Shown here piece by piece: positions 1-11,925 of a stretch of 64,000 nt of DNA. Each line of letters begins with the position of its first letter. The stretch's first letter is position 1. A program made the position numbers and the translations under genes. Below the pieces are notes generated by a model that was given only the letters and a program-made list of their open reading frames with translations, ran no database searches and was not told where the DNA came from. The stretch is from assembly GCA_963700285.1 (NCBI GenBank), contig CAVOXA010000022.1, forward strand, positions 1-64,000. The letters are read 5' to 3'. Source of the stretch: an uncultured Chloroflexia bacterium (lineage in GTDB: Bacteria > Chloroflexota > Anaerolineae > JAAYZQ01).

Positions 1-814
1 AGCCGGACCGAACGGCTGATCCTCCGCTGCAGGTCGCGGCTACCCCGTACCGGAAGCCCTGACGGGGGCCCACGAGTTGGTCCGGCAGGTGACACGCTCC
101 AGCAACCCCGGCCAGGTCGTCAAGGCCTTCCTGGAGAACCTTGCGGCCATCCAGGCATGGCATCAGCGGGCACAGGCGCTCCACAAGTTCGTGGTCCTCG
201 ACAAGCAGTTGCCGATCTTTGAACGGGCCAGGCGGCTGGCAGCCGCGGTCAATCGCGCCCGTGAGGTGCCTGAAGCCGCCGAGCAGTTGGGCGCCCAGGC
301 ATTCGAATGGCGGGAAGGTCTGGTGGACATGATCTCCACAGGAAAGGTCGCCGAAAAGTGGGACCAGTTCCAGGCGATTCATACCCCGCTCAAGGCGCAG
401 TTCCAGCGGGCTTACGAGGCCCTGCACACTCAAAGGGCAGAAGCACTCGAAGGGGCACGGGCCAAGCTGGAGGGCGCTGAGGTCTCAGCGGTGGTGCTCA
501 GACCCTACGGCTGTCCTGGCCTCGGCTGGGCGACAGATGGCTTGGGCTGTGGCGAGTGCGGCGCAGCGTTGCACGAGTTGCCAACGCAGATCGTAGCGAT
601 TCCCTCACTTGCCAGGCAGCAACTTGTTCGTGAGCAGGAGGCACGGCTGAAGACCAGGCAAGATGATGGACGGACTGCCGTGAATGTACCGCTGTCAACG
701 GTGCTTGGTGGGCGCGAGATTTCCGATGCTACCGACCGTGATAGAGCGCTGGGAGACCTCAAACAAGTCATCGACGAGGCCTTGCAGGATGCGGATTTCG
801 TCACACTGGTATAG
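1..814 (+). CDS. brxC: BREX P-loop ATPase BrxC/PglY, C-terminal part (5' truncated by window edge)
   Basis: Helical C-terminus ending ALGDLKQVIDEALQDADFVTLV, similar to BrxC tails; lies upstream of pglX-pglZ-brxL. No ATPase motifs in view, so the call rests largely on context. Confidence 0.55.
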
Positions 815-886
815 TCATGCGAATCTAGACGACCAGGGCCTAAATCTGTATTGCTGATTGTCTACAAGCGATAGGTGAGTTTGCAT

Positions 887-3800
887 ATGTCAGAAGCTCG
901 GTCAACAGGCACAGTTGATTGGTTCAATAGGGATGGTCGCTACGGTGTCATCAAAGATCCTGAGGGCACAGAGTATTTTGTCTATTTCACGAACGTTCGT
1001 GGGCAGCGGGACCTATCACCCGGAATGCATGTCTCCTTCCTATCACGGTGGCGTACCAAGGGGATGCGGGGTCGGGAGGCGTATGATGTAGAGATTGACG
1101 GGATTGGGCCGCGCCCATCGGCCACTACACGAGGTACCTCACCCGCTCGCCGAGGGGATTCCACTCGTAGCACCGGGCCTACCGGGGGACTGGAAAACGC
1201 TGGTACTCAGAGAGTAGCTCAGGAAGCGTTGCGCCTGAAGATAGCGCGCCGGCAAGGGATAGTGCCTCCTCCTACCGAACAGTATCCGCCTGGCACTCGT
1301 GTGTATCACGAGCGATGGGGCTTCGGCAGGGTAGTACTCGCCGCCACAGAGACAGTCTCTGTCCGTTTAGAAGACGATCCACATAGAGTCGAGGATGTCC
1401 TGCGCTCTGAAGTTCAACCGGCCCCAGATGATGAGATCCAAAGGAATGTGCGTGACTACAGACTCGTCCCGCCCGGCCCCCAGTGTTCTTGGCGAACGAG
1501 TAGCCTCGCGGTCTTCGGCACTATGTCGTCAGCTGCGCCGCGATGTCCAGGGAGTCCTAGCAAAAGAACTTCTGGATACGGCATTTGTCCACCGCTCGGA
1601 AGAACCACTATCACCGGAAACCCCTTCTGCACCTCTCAGGATTGACACTCCGATTGCCGACTTGTTCAAGAACGTTGAGGGCATTTCGGACTTTTATTCC
1701 CATCAAATCGAGACTAGAGAACACCTCTTGGCTGGGCGGCACATCATGATCACCACGCCGACAGCCAGTGGCAAGACAGAAAGCTATAACCCCACCGTGT
1801 TGGAATCGCTGCTTTAGGGACCCTCAGGCAACCGCGCTCTATGTCTTTCCTCTCGTTGCCTTGGGTGAGGATCAGGTAGCGCGCTTGAGGCGGCTTAACA
1901 ACGCATTACCACCAGACCAGCAACTTCGGATTGGCATATACAACTCCAGCGTGGAGCCCAATGAAAAAAAGGCTACACTGCGAGCTGAAAACCGCATCTT
2001 GGTGACGACACCCGATTCCCTCCACTATCTCTCCTGCCAAAGCCCTATCCAAACTGGAGAAACTTCTACCGAAACTTGCGTTACGTAGTCCTTGACGAAT
2101 TTCATGTCTACAGGGGGGTGCTGGGTGCCAACATGGCCAACATTGTGCGGCGCTTGTTGGTTCGCTGCCGCCGGGAAGGCAATCCGAGCTTTCCTCAGGT
2201 GGTTGTCTCGTCAGCCACGGTCCGCAGCCCGCAGGTGCTTGCTCATCAACTCACGGGGCTGCCACTGAGGAATTCGCCGTTGTTGACGAGCCGGGGCGCC
2301 ACAGCCTGGTCGCCACTACCTGGTGACGCGTGAGGATATACATGACCTCGTGGACCTGTGTGCAGATCTACTGGACCTCGAAACCATCGACGCCCGGACA
2401 GGGAATTCGCGTCCGGCGCGCACAATCGTCTTCCTACGTTCTATCAATGAAGTCAAAGGTGTAACCGAGCGGCTACGAAAGCAGATCCGCAGTCATCGAA
2501 GATGGGACTTGGTGGCCAACGTGGCCGATTTCTACGCGGAGAGAGAGCTGACAGAAGGATATCTTTGTCCGCTTACAGCAGGGACAGATACGCACAGTAT
2601 TCGCCACCACGGCATTGATGGCGGGCATCGATATCGGCAGCCTTGACGTTGCGATAGTGAAGAACTTTCCGGGCCTAGTCATGGATGCGCGACAGATGTT
2701 CGGACAGACTGGCCGGGCTGGCGAGGGGGCTGCTATCTTTATCGCGAGGCGAACGGATCCGTTCGACCAGTTCTACTTCGAACGTCCCGATCTGCTGTTC
2801 AGTGGCGAGACAGAAGAGGTCATCGCCAATCCAGAAAACCCGTACTTACTGGCTGCGCATCTAATGTGTGCCACGCAGACCAGCAGTGATGCGCCGTATA
2901 ACAACCGAGAAGGTCCGCTGCCGGGTTCGTGGGCCGACATCTTTTTGGAGGAATGAGTACCGCGACGTGCTGCGTTTGCTGGAGCAGGATGGACAACTGG
3001 TGGTGCGGAGGGGTAGCTACGGCACTGCCGTTTGGACACCCTCATGATGAGCCGCCCTTGAACAACCTGCGCTCAATGGAGACAGATGAGTTTGCACTCG
3101 TAACCCAGGATGCCAGCGGACAGCGGGAACTGAGAAGAGAAGAAACGGGCGACGAATGCTTATCGGGACGCACATCCTGATGCCATCGTCTGGTGTGATG
3201 GAAAAAGCTACAAGGTCACACGATTTGATCAAGAGCATCGGCAAATCCATTGCCAATTGTATGAGGACTCGAACTTACGCACGCGGGGCATTCAGATCCT
3301 GACCATTGAGACAAAGGGGGACGTTTCCAGGAAGCGCCTACGCGAGGACGGCCTACAGGCAGGAAGTGGAGAGGTGGCAATTACTACCAACGTGGAGAAA
3401 TACTCGCTGTACAGAACAACCACGCTGATGCGCTGCCGAAATCGAAGACTGTCGTCACGAGACGCCGAACCTCGATGCTATGAGATGCCCGAGTTGTGGC
3501 GGGCCTGTACGGGCCAGACAGGTAGAGAAGATTGTAGAAACGATCCCAATCGTAAGCGAATTCCCTCTTTCCACGACGCTGGAGACTCGGGCAGGTTGGC
3601 TGGAGTTCCCGGAGAGCCTGCGTGCCTACTTTGAGCGCAAGTTCTGGCCGCGTTGGCTGAGTGACACACCGGGCATGCCTGAGGCAGAGCCGGCGATCAT
3701 GCCAACGTTTGTGGATGGCATCCACAGCCTACTTCATGGCCTTCTGAAGGCCTTTCCGAGCGAGTCCGGTGTGATCGTGACGAGATCAACGGCCTCTATC

Positions 3801-4152
3801 AGCTTGGCAGCAACGGTATGTCCGCCCAGGTCTACGTATATGACAACTTCCGGGAGGGCTGGGGCTAGCGGATCGAGTTCTTCTTCGAGCCCTGGGACTT
3901 TTTGGAAGACGGGCTTGGAATCATAGAGCGCTGCAACTGCGATGAAGATGAAGGTTGCCCTGTCTGTCTGAGCCGCTTCGGTTGCCATGTCTTTAACGCC
4001 CACCTCAGCAAGTTTGCCGGCCGCTTTCTACTACGTACGGTGCTCGGTCTTCCGGAAGACGAAGTCGTTCAAATCTAGAGGATTATGTGCACAAGGTCGT
4101 AGACCCGAGCCTGGTCGTGACAGGTGAGCAACTTGACAGGCCATCACAGTAG
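887..4152 (+). CDS. Cold-shock domain + Tudor-like domain + DEAH-box SF2 helicase with DUF1998 Zn domain (MrfA/DrmB/Hrq1-like); frameshifted
   Basis: CSD: GTVDWFNRDGRYGVI...YFVYFTNV. Helicase motifs across split ORFs: FYSHQ, TPTASGKT, FPLVALGEDQ, TTPDSLH, DEFH, SAT, AGIDIGSLD, QMFGQTGRAG. C-terminal CNCDEDEGCPVC...C; stop TAG at 4150-4152. Confidence 0.8.
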
Positions 4153-4167
4153 GTAAGGCAAGGACCC

Positions 4168-7100
4168 ATGAACCAACGAGTCCAAACGCGCCATCAAAGC
4201 CCTCGTCCTCGAGCTGCGCCACACCCTGGAGGACGACATCGCCATCCAGCTCCGGCGCTACGGCTACGCCGGCGGCCGCTGGATCGAGCCCGAAAAGCTG
4301 CCCCACATCTGGGACGACGACGCGGCGATGGCCCAGCGGCAGCGGATGGATACCGCCCTGGCTGGGACTGCGCGCATGGGCGTAGGCGACCCGGGGGAGG
4401 CCACTGCCAAACAGCGCGAGGAGGCGGTGGGCTGGTTCGTGCGCGAGATCGCCTACACCCACCTCAACCGGCTGGTGGCCCTCAAGGCGCTGGAGGTGCG
4501 CGGCCTGATCCCCGAGGTGATTACGACGCGAGATGCCTACGGCGGGCGCAGCCGAGCGCACTATGACTTGCGCAACAGCCACCCCGACTGTGCCGCGGTC
4601 CCGACGAGGGCCTGGGCGAGGCCATCCGCCAGGTTAGCCGTCTGGTCTACCGTGACTTTCGGCTGCTGTTTGACGTGGGGGACCCTGCGGACGGCCCGGG
4701 CGGCCATCCGGCGAGGGTCGCGCGGCACCGGTCAACACGCTCATCTGGCCCAGCCACACCGCGTTGCGGAGTTGCGTTGCTGCCGTCAATGGCCTGGACG
4801 AGCGTGCCGGCAACACAGGCCCCAGCCTGTGGCTGGAGGACGAGATCATCGGCTGGCTCTACCAGTTCTACAACGCCGAGCAAAAAGAGGCCATCCGCAA
4901 GCGGGGCAAGCCGCGCCGCCCGGCTGAGGTGGCGGTCATCAACCAGTTCTTCACCCCGCGCTGGGTGGTCAAGTTCCTGGTGGACAACACCCTGGGCCGC
5001 CTGTGGCTGGAGATGCACCCCGATTCGGAGCGGGTGCGGGAAAGTGTGACTATCTGGTGCCGGAGCCGCTGGGGACGGAGGAGGGGGAGACGGGGGAGGG
5101 GAAGAGGGAAGGGGAGAGCGGGGGCGGGGGATTCGCGCTGGATCCGGACTCGCCGGTGAACAACCCCCTGGCCCCCGCGCGGCGGGCGGCGAAGCGTCCT
5201 CAGGACATCCGCCTCATCGACCCCGCCTGCGGGACGATGCACTTTGGGCATTACGCCTTCGAGGTCTACCAGGAGATCTACACGAGAGGCACGGGAGCGG
5301 GGTTGGGTCGATGGCGCCGACGCCCTTCCGGACGAGCGAGGTCCCGGCTGCCATCCTGCGCCACAACCTGTACGGCGTGGACATCGACCTGCGGGCCGTG
5401 CAACTGGCCGGGCTGTCGCTCTACATCAAGGGCCGGAGCGCCGAGGCGGCGTTGGGTATTGACGAGACCCGCATCAACCAGGTCAACCTGGTGGTGGCCG
5501 ACGCGGTGCTGCCCCAGGATGGCGCCCGGCGGCAGTTCCTGGCCCAGTACAGGGATGACAAGGTGGTCCAGGACGCGGTGCGCCAGGTACTGGATGAGAT
5601 GGCCAACGTGGCCGAGGTGGGCAGCCTGCTGCGCGTCGAGGAGCGCCTGCGGGACATCCTGGGCAAGGCGGGGCACGCGGCGGCCCAGGATTGGGACATG
5701 CGAGCGACAGAGGGAGCTACCGGGCCTGGAGCCAGAGGTCCGCCAGCGCTCCCTGGCCGAGGCGCCGGCGCCGTGCCGGAGCAATGGGGTGCTCACTATA
5801 CGGTGGCCCGCCTGCTGGAGGACCTGCGGGCCTTTGCCGCCCGCGCCCTGCAGCCAGCACGACCTCAACGCCCAGCTCTTTGCCCAGGAAGCCAGCAAGA
5901 GCGTGCACCTGCTGGATGTGTTCCTGAACGAGTACGACGTCGTGGTGATGAATCCGCCGTACGGGATACAACCGACACTGCTCGGAACGGATACGTCGAG
6001 AGCTACCCCGAGGCAAGCGTGACCTCTACGCTGCATCTTGTCGACAGAGCTCTACGATCTTCTTTCACACGGGATATGTCGGTGCCCTCACATGCCGGAC
6101 CTTCTGACTCTGGCTACGTTCGAGGCTTTTAGACAGTATCTGATATCGAAGATTCGTTCCTATTCTGTTTTTGATTTGGGCTTTGGCATGTTGGATGATG
6201 CCACAGTTGAGACCTGCATTGTCTGTCGAGTCCAGAAGTGGCAGGGATCATCCATGAGTCCGCACTCACAGACGTCTTTTTCGCTGCAGGAAAGGGCACG
6301 AATGGTTAGATGTGTGTGTCAGCTCTCAAGAGACCGCAAGAGACGATTTCTATTGCCAAGCTACAAAGTATCCTCCGGCTTCCAGTATTGCCTACCGGCT
6401 CCTATAGCTTTGCTAGATCGTTACATTGAGACTGAATATCGCATTACGGACTTCGTTCATGCAGAAATGGGCTTGGGCACTCGGTAGGGATGCCCAGTTT
6501 GTCAAGTATCATTGGGAGGTCGCAAGTCCAGAGACCTCGAAGGCAGGGATTGGCGTCGCTTCTGCCAAAGGCGGGGATTTCTCCCGGTACTACTCAGATA
6601 TTGATGTAGTTGTTGACTGGCAGCAATGACGGACGACCTATGCAGGAGTTCCCTGGATCTCGCCGCAGGAGCGAGGACTACTACCTCCAAGCAGGGATCA
6701 CGTGACCATGGCTAACAGTGAAAGGATTCAACCCTCGGGTGCTGCCATACTCAGAGCATGTTTGCTAACATCAGTCCCCTTGCACCGTTTCCAAGTGATC
6801 GAATCTGTACAAGAACTTGTGCAGGAGCGTTTTGAGTGTCTTGCAGAACTCCGATTATTCGCTTTCCTTGGTTATTGAACTCGAAAACAGTCGTGCAGTT
6901 CTGGATCTAGATAACGCCAAGTCGTAACGTATCAGTCGGTCAAGTACCGCATTCCGACTTACTGAGGAAGTGATGGGCTGTCCTAGCTCTACTGCAGATA
7001 GCGTTTACTGTAAAGCCACCTGGGACACCGGCAACGAGATCTGCACCCGCTTCGATGCCCCCTGGCTGGTCGCAGGCCCACCGCCGCCAACTCCTGGCCT

Positions 7101-7984
7101 GCCTTCCCCGACCTTCATCCCGCCCAACCTCCAGCCACCAATCTGCAGTCTCTGCTCGATCTACGTCCGCGCCGTCGAGGACGCCGCTGACGCTCGCCTA
7201 CAGCAGCTCCAGGCCGAGATCGATGAGACGGTCTACGACCTCTATGAGATCAGCGCCGAGGACCGGGCTCTTATCGAGCGCGAGCTGGGCGAGCGGCCGC
7301 CCGGAGCTGGTCTGGCCCCAGATGGAGCGCAAGAGCGACGCCGAAAAGCGCCGCGAGCACGTCCGGCGGCTGGTCTCCTGGTGCCTGCTGGAGACGCTCA
7401 AGGCCGACCCCGACGGCATCCTGACCCTGGACGAGGCGCGTGGCCGGCGTGCGCGATCGCCTGGAGGCCGAGTTCGGCGAGGAGGCGGCCTTCCGCATGG
7501 AGGCCGACATCAAGGGCGTGCTGGGCCGGGACCTGGCCGATTGGCTCGACGGGCCTTTTGTCCAATGGCACACCAAGCTCTACAAAAAGACGCCCATCAT
7601 CTGGCACCTGGCCAGCGATGACGGCGCCCGGACGCTGAACCTGTTTCGTCCACTACCACAAGCTGGACGGCGACACGCTGCGCAAGGTGCAGACGCTGTA
7701 CCTCTGGCCGGCCAGGCGCCGCCAGGAGAGCCAACGGTCCACCGCCCAGGCGCGGAACGATCCTGCCGGCGTCGAGGCCGCCGAGCTGGCGCTGGAGGCG
7801 CTGGAGGAATTTGAGAAGCGGCTGCTGTCGGTCATCCAGGCCCAGGTGCCGTACCGAGCCGCCCGACTGGGCCGAGGGGCCGTTCCGGGGTGGCGTGTAT
7901 GACCCAGTTCTGGATGACGGGGTGAAGGTCAACCTGTTGCCCTTGCAGGAGGCGGGGTTGCTGCGCTACAGGAAGGTGGTGTGA
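4168..7984 (+). CDS. pglX: BREX adenine methyltransferase PglX/BrxX (frameshifted)
   Basis: EIAYTHLNRLVALKALEVRG, IIGWLYQFYN, QFFTPRWVVKFLVDNTLG, DPACGTMHF (motif I), NPPY (motif IV), WHTKLYKKTPIIWHL, C-terminal YDPVLDDGVKVN. Confidence 0.9.
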
Positions 7985-7988
7985 GCTG

Positions 7989-9045
7989 ATGTTCGAGCCC
8001 AATTTTCGCCGGACCGACCTCCTCATCGAGTTGGTCGCCCGCATCGCGGTCGGCGCGCGACCGTATCCTGCGGGCGCCCATCGTGCCCCGCTGGGAGGCC
8101 GAGCTGCGCCGCGAGGCCCTCGCCCGCAGCGCCCACCACTCCACCAGCATCGAGGGCAATCCGCTTTCCCTGGAGCAGGTCACGGACCTTTTGGCTGGCC
8201 GGCAGGTGCTGGCCCACCCCCGCGACAGGCGGGAGGTCCTCAACTATGCCGCTGTCCTGCGCTACATCGACCGCAGGACTCCGGCTCAGGGTGGCGCGGT
8301 TACCGAAGAGACCATCCTGCAGCTCCACGCCCTCCTCGTCGCAGAGATCCTGCCGCCGGCGGAGAGCGGCCGCCACCGGCAGGTACCCGTGGTCGTGGCG
8401 GTGCCAGCCACGGGTGAGGTGATCTACCGCCCACCCGATTGGCAGGATGTGCCCGAGCTGATGGCCGGCCTGGTCGCCTGGCTCAACAGCCCTCAGGCCG
8501 CGGCCCTCATGCCCGTGCTCGAGGCCGGGATCGCCCATTACGAATTGGTCCGCATCCACCCCTTCACCGACGGCAATGGGCGCACGGCCCGCGCCCTGGC
8601 CACGCTCATCCTGGCCCGGAGGGGCTTTGACACCAAGCGCTTCTTTGCCCTGGACGAGTACTACAACCAAGACCGGCCGAGCTACTATGACGCCTTGCGC
8701 TCCGTCGATGCACACTCCCGTGACCTGACCGAATGGCTGGAGTATTTCGTCCAGGGCATCGCCGTGGAGATGGTGCGCGTCGAGGACCGGGTGCAGCAGT
8801 TGACGAGGCTACACCGTGCTACACAGGAGGGGGAGCAGATCTCCCTCAACGCGCGCCAGCTCCAGCTTCTCGATTATCTGCGCCAGAGCGGTGGCAGCAT
8901 CAGCAATGGCGAGTACCAGGAGATCTTTATGGTCTCCAAGCGGACGGCCAGCAACGATCTGGGCGAGCTGGTGACCCATGGCCTGCTGGCCGTCGAGGGC
9001 GCCGGGCGTGCAACACGATATCGCCTGACAGAGTCCCATGCCTGA
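7989..9045 (+). CDS. Fic family protein with C-terminal winged HTH (frameshift near 8060)
   Basis: STSIEGN, intact Fic motif HPFTDGNGRTAR, C-terminal ISNGEYQEIFMVSKRTASNDLGELV wHTH. Confidence 0.9.
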
Positions 9046-9079
9046 TTGCCCGATTCTTTGCCCGATTTCTGCCCGATTC
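9039..9079 (+). repeat. Four short direct repeats TGCC(C/T)GAT overlapping the fic stop codon
   Basis: tgcctgat-tgcccgat-tctt-tgcccgat-ttc-tgcccgat. Confidence 0.6.
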
Positions 9080-9204
9080 CCGGGCTGGCAGCGTACGCCA
9101 TCCCAGGCCGCTGCCCAGGTACATAGGCCAGAACTCGGCCCGGGGCTGTGGTGCGCGGTGCAGCCCTCCGCGGCCAATCGCTGTTCTGGCGAGGAGCAAT
9201 CTCG

Positions 9205-11826
9205 ATGCTCATCCAGGCCCTAAAGGACCACTTCACGGGCTATTTTGCCCAGGCGGCAACCAAGGACACCGTTCTTTGGTTCGACCGGGAGAAAGAGTAC
9301 GCCGGATTGCTCGACTCGCTGGCAGGCCTGCCCCTGTGGCGCTTCGAGGGCAGCTTGCTCCAACTGCGCTACCGGCTGGTCCAGCGCGCTACCGGAGAGC
9401 GGGCTGTCGTCTACCTGCCGATGACAGAGGAAGAGGCGGACTTGCTCCGTCCCTTCTTTGCCACCAGCCTGTGCTTCAAGGACCGGCTCTACCGTTTCCT
9501 GCGCCACCAGGGGCTGGCCTTCCCCGATGATCCCAGGGCAGCCCACCTCATGCGAGAGTTGCTGCCTCAGTTGGCCATCCGGTCTGTCGGCAAAGGACGC
9601 CGGTTCTGGGAATACAACCTGGAGAATATCGAGCGGGCCATCAACACGCTCCTGGGCGAGTTTGACGGCACACTGCTGCGCTTCCTGGACCAGCCTGCCG
9701 ACGAGCTGGCGGATCTGCGCGCCCAGCAGTTCGATGGCCTCTTCTACGCCGAGCTGGCGGGCGCCTATGGCCTGGAAGCAACGCCGGATGATGATCCAGG
9801 GCAGGTTGCACGCGACCTTACCGCACAGCTCGTCCTGGCCCGGGCCTACACTCACGCTTCACTCAGTGCAGGCACTCACGCTTCACTCAGTGCAGGCACT
9901 CACGCTTCACTCAGTGCAGGCACTCACGCTTCACTCAGTGCAGGCACTCACGCTTCACTCAGTGCGGGCACTCACGCTTCACTCAGTGCAGGCACTTATA
10001 CCGCGGCCAGCGGGGGCGCAGAAACGGCGCAAGCAGAGGGTTTTCCCTATCCAGATCGCTTGCCCCAGCCCCATCAATTCGACCGCTGCCTGCGCTTCCT
10101 GGATCGCTGGCAGAACGACGCCCGCTATGCGGCCACCTTCGTCCGGCTGGCGACCGATGTAGGGCAGGCCTACAGCCTGGGCCCCTGGCTGGAAGCCTTG
10201 CCCATGGAGCAAGCGCTCAGCCTCGGTCCAACCCTGCCTGATGCCGAGACGGTACTCTGGGAGCGCGTACTGGCCACCTTGACCAAACGGGAGAGCGAGG
10301 CTGAATGGCGGGAGTGGCTCGCGGCGCAACGAACGGCCCTCCAGGAACGTGCGGAGGGGTTTTGGGTTCGCCAGGGCCGGGATCCCGGCTGGAACGTCCT
10401 CGTCCAGGCGGCCGCCCTGCTCACCCTGGCCCACGAGATGCGGGCCGAGCTGCCCAAGGTTGCTCAGCCCAGCGCCATGCTGCAGCGCTATGCCGGCCAA
10501 TGGTGGCGCATCGACGCCGCCTATCGCACCTTCCGCCAGGCCCTGGCGGACGCCCCGGGTGGGCTTGACCCCGTCCGGGACCGCTGCGCCCGGGCCTACG
10601 GTGAGGCCCTGCGGGCTATAAACGAACGCTTCAGTACCCTCCTTGATGCAGAGGGGCGCTGGCCTCCGGAGGGCGCACCGGCCGCTCAGGATCGTTTCTG
10701 GGCCGAGGAAGTGGCGGGCTTGAGCAAAGGTCAGAGGCAGGCTGTCCTCTTTGTCGATGCCATGCGCTACGAATTGGCGCAGACCCTGCTGGCCCAATTG
10801 GAGGCCGATCGGGCGGGGGACAGCCGCACACTGAAGCCGAGGCTGGGCGTCCTCCCCACCGTCACGCAACTGGGCATGGCCGCCCTGCTGCCAGATGGGC
10901 ACCAGCGTCGGGTGACCCACGATGGCGAGTGGCATGTGCACATCCGCGACAGCGGGGATCTGGCCATCAAGGCCGCTCGCATCGAGTGGCTGGTCGCCTG
11001 CCTGCCTCAGTGCACGGTCGCGGCCTACAACCTGAACGATCTGCTCAGCACCCCCACCGACCGCATCGAACAAGCCGACTATACCTTTGTCTTTGATACC
11101 ACGCTGGATGCCGTGGGTGAGAACGCCAGCGAGCTGGCCTGGGACGCCTTCGAGCCGCTGGTTCGCTCGGTGAAGCAGGGTGTGCACAAGCTGCTGGAAT
11201 TGGGGATCGAGGTGATCCACATCGTGGCCGACCACGGCTTCTTGTTGTTGCACGAGGTGGCCGAGCACGACAAGGTGCCGGCGGGCAAGGCACCAGCGCT
11301 GGCGCGCAAGTCTCGCTACCTCGTAGGCAAGCACCTGGGCAGCACGGATCAGCTCGATTTTCCGCTGCCCTGCAGTGAGGATCTTGAGATCTGGTTTCCA
11401 TGCGGCATCGGTTGCTTCCGCACCCCAGGGCGCTACAATTATGTGCATGGCGGCCTGTCCCTCCAGGAGGTGGTCGTGCCCCAGTTGACGGTCCGGCAGC
11501 AGCGGTTGGGCCGGCCGGTGGGCGTGCGCGTCGAACTGCCAGCCGCGATCCGCCAGGGGCAGATACGGCTCACCCTGGAACCCGTGGTCGAGAGCGTCGT
11601 CGACCAGCCGCGACGCGTCAGCCTGGCGCTGGAGAAGGGTGGACAGCCGGTCGTGCCACCCTCTGAAGCGACGGTGCTGCCCAGCGGGCCGGCCACCGTG
11701 AATGTGTGGTTGCCCCAGGGCTGCGGCCTGGAGATCGGTGACCGGGTTGAGTGGGTGCTGCGCGACCTGCTCACCGGCGAGGTGCTGGAACGCCAGGAGA
11801 CGCTCAGCCAGGTAGACCTTTGGTGA
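9205..11826 (+). CDS. pglZ: BREX PglZ alkaline-phosphatase-fold protein
   Basis: GAGGAG RBS; VLWFDREKEY N-terminus; FVDAMRYELA, LPTVTQLGMAALLP, IVADHGF, YVHGGLSLQEVVVP. Confidence 0.92.
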   Translation: MLIQALKDHFTGYFAQAATKDTVLWFDREKEYAGLLDSLAGLPLWRFEGSLLQLRYRLVQRATGERAVVYLPMTEEEADLLRPFFATSLCFKDRLYRFLRHQGLAFPDDPRAAHLMRELLPQLAIRSVGKGRRFWEYNLENIERAINTLLGEFDGTLLRFLDQPADELADLRAQQFDGLFYAELAGAYGLEATPDDDPGQVARDLTAQLVLARAYTHASLSAGTHASLSAGTHASLSAGTHASLSAGTHASLSAGTHASLSAGTYTAASGGAETAQAEGFPYPDRLPQPHQFDRCLRFLDRWQNDARYAATFVRLATDVGQAYSLGPWLEALPMEQALSLGPTLPDAETVLWERVLATLTKRESEAEWREWLAAQRTALQERAEGFWVRQGRDPGWNVLVQAAALLTLAHEMRAELPKVAQPSAMLQRYAGQWWRIDAAYRTFRQALADAPGGLDPVRDRCARAYGEALRAINERFSTLLDAEGRWPPEGAPAAQDRFWAEEVAGLSKGQRQAVLFVDAMRYELAQTLLAQLEADRAGDSRTLKPRLGVLPTVTQLGMAALLPDGHQRRVTHDGEWHVHIRDSGDLAIKAARIEWLVACLPQCTVAAYNLNDLLSTPTDRIEQADYTFVFDTTLDAVGENASELAWDAFEPLVRSVKQGVHKLLELGIEVIHIVADHGFLLLHEVAEHDKVPAGKAPALARKSRYLVGKHLGSTDQLDFPLPCSEDLEIWFPCGIGCFRTPGRYNYVHGGLSLQEVVVPQLTVRQQRLGRPVGVRVELPAAIRQGQIRLTLEPVVESVVDQPRRVSLALEKGGQPVVPPSEATVLPSGPATVNVWLPQGCGLEIGDRVEWVLRDLLTGEVLERQETLSQVDLW
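9849..9996 (+). repeat. In-frame 24-bp tandem repeat x6 (CACTCACGCTTCACTCAGTGCAGG; THASLSAG) inside pglZ
   Basis: Six near-identical copies (one A>G) plus a 4-nt partial copy. Confidence 0.95.
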
Positions 11827-11843
11827 CGGGGCGCTCTCTCTAG

Positions 11844-11902
11844 TTGACTGGCGTGGCAATTGGCGATAAAATGCAGCCATGAGATATAGCCACAAAAGTG
11901 GC
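11844..11902 (+). promoter_or_regulatory. Sigma70-type promoter and operator palindrome of the TA module
   Basis: TTGACT-17 bp-TAAAAT (11844-11872); GCCAC-AAAA-GTGGC inverted repeat at 11889-11902. Confidence 0.6.
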
Positions 11903-11925
11903 CACATATGAGAGGGGGGCAGGCA

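Noticed and set aside
5071-5131. Purine-rich G-run tract in pglX as a G-quadruplex or regulatory element
   Set aside because: It reads as an in-frame low-complexity Gly/Glu linker; nothing else supports a function.
9849-9996. Mini-CRISPR or phase-variation switch in pglZ
   Set aside because: No spacers, and the 24-bp period preserves the frame.
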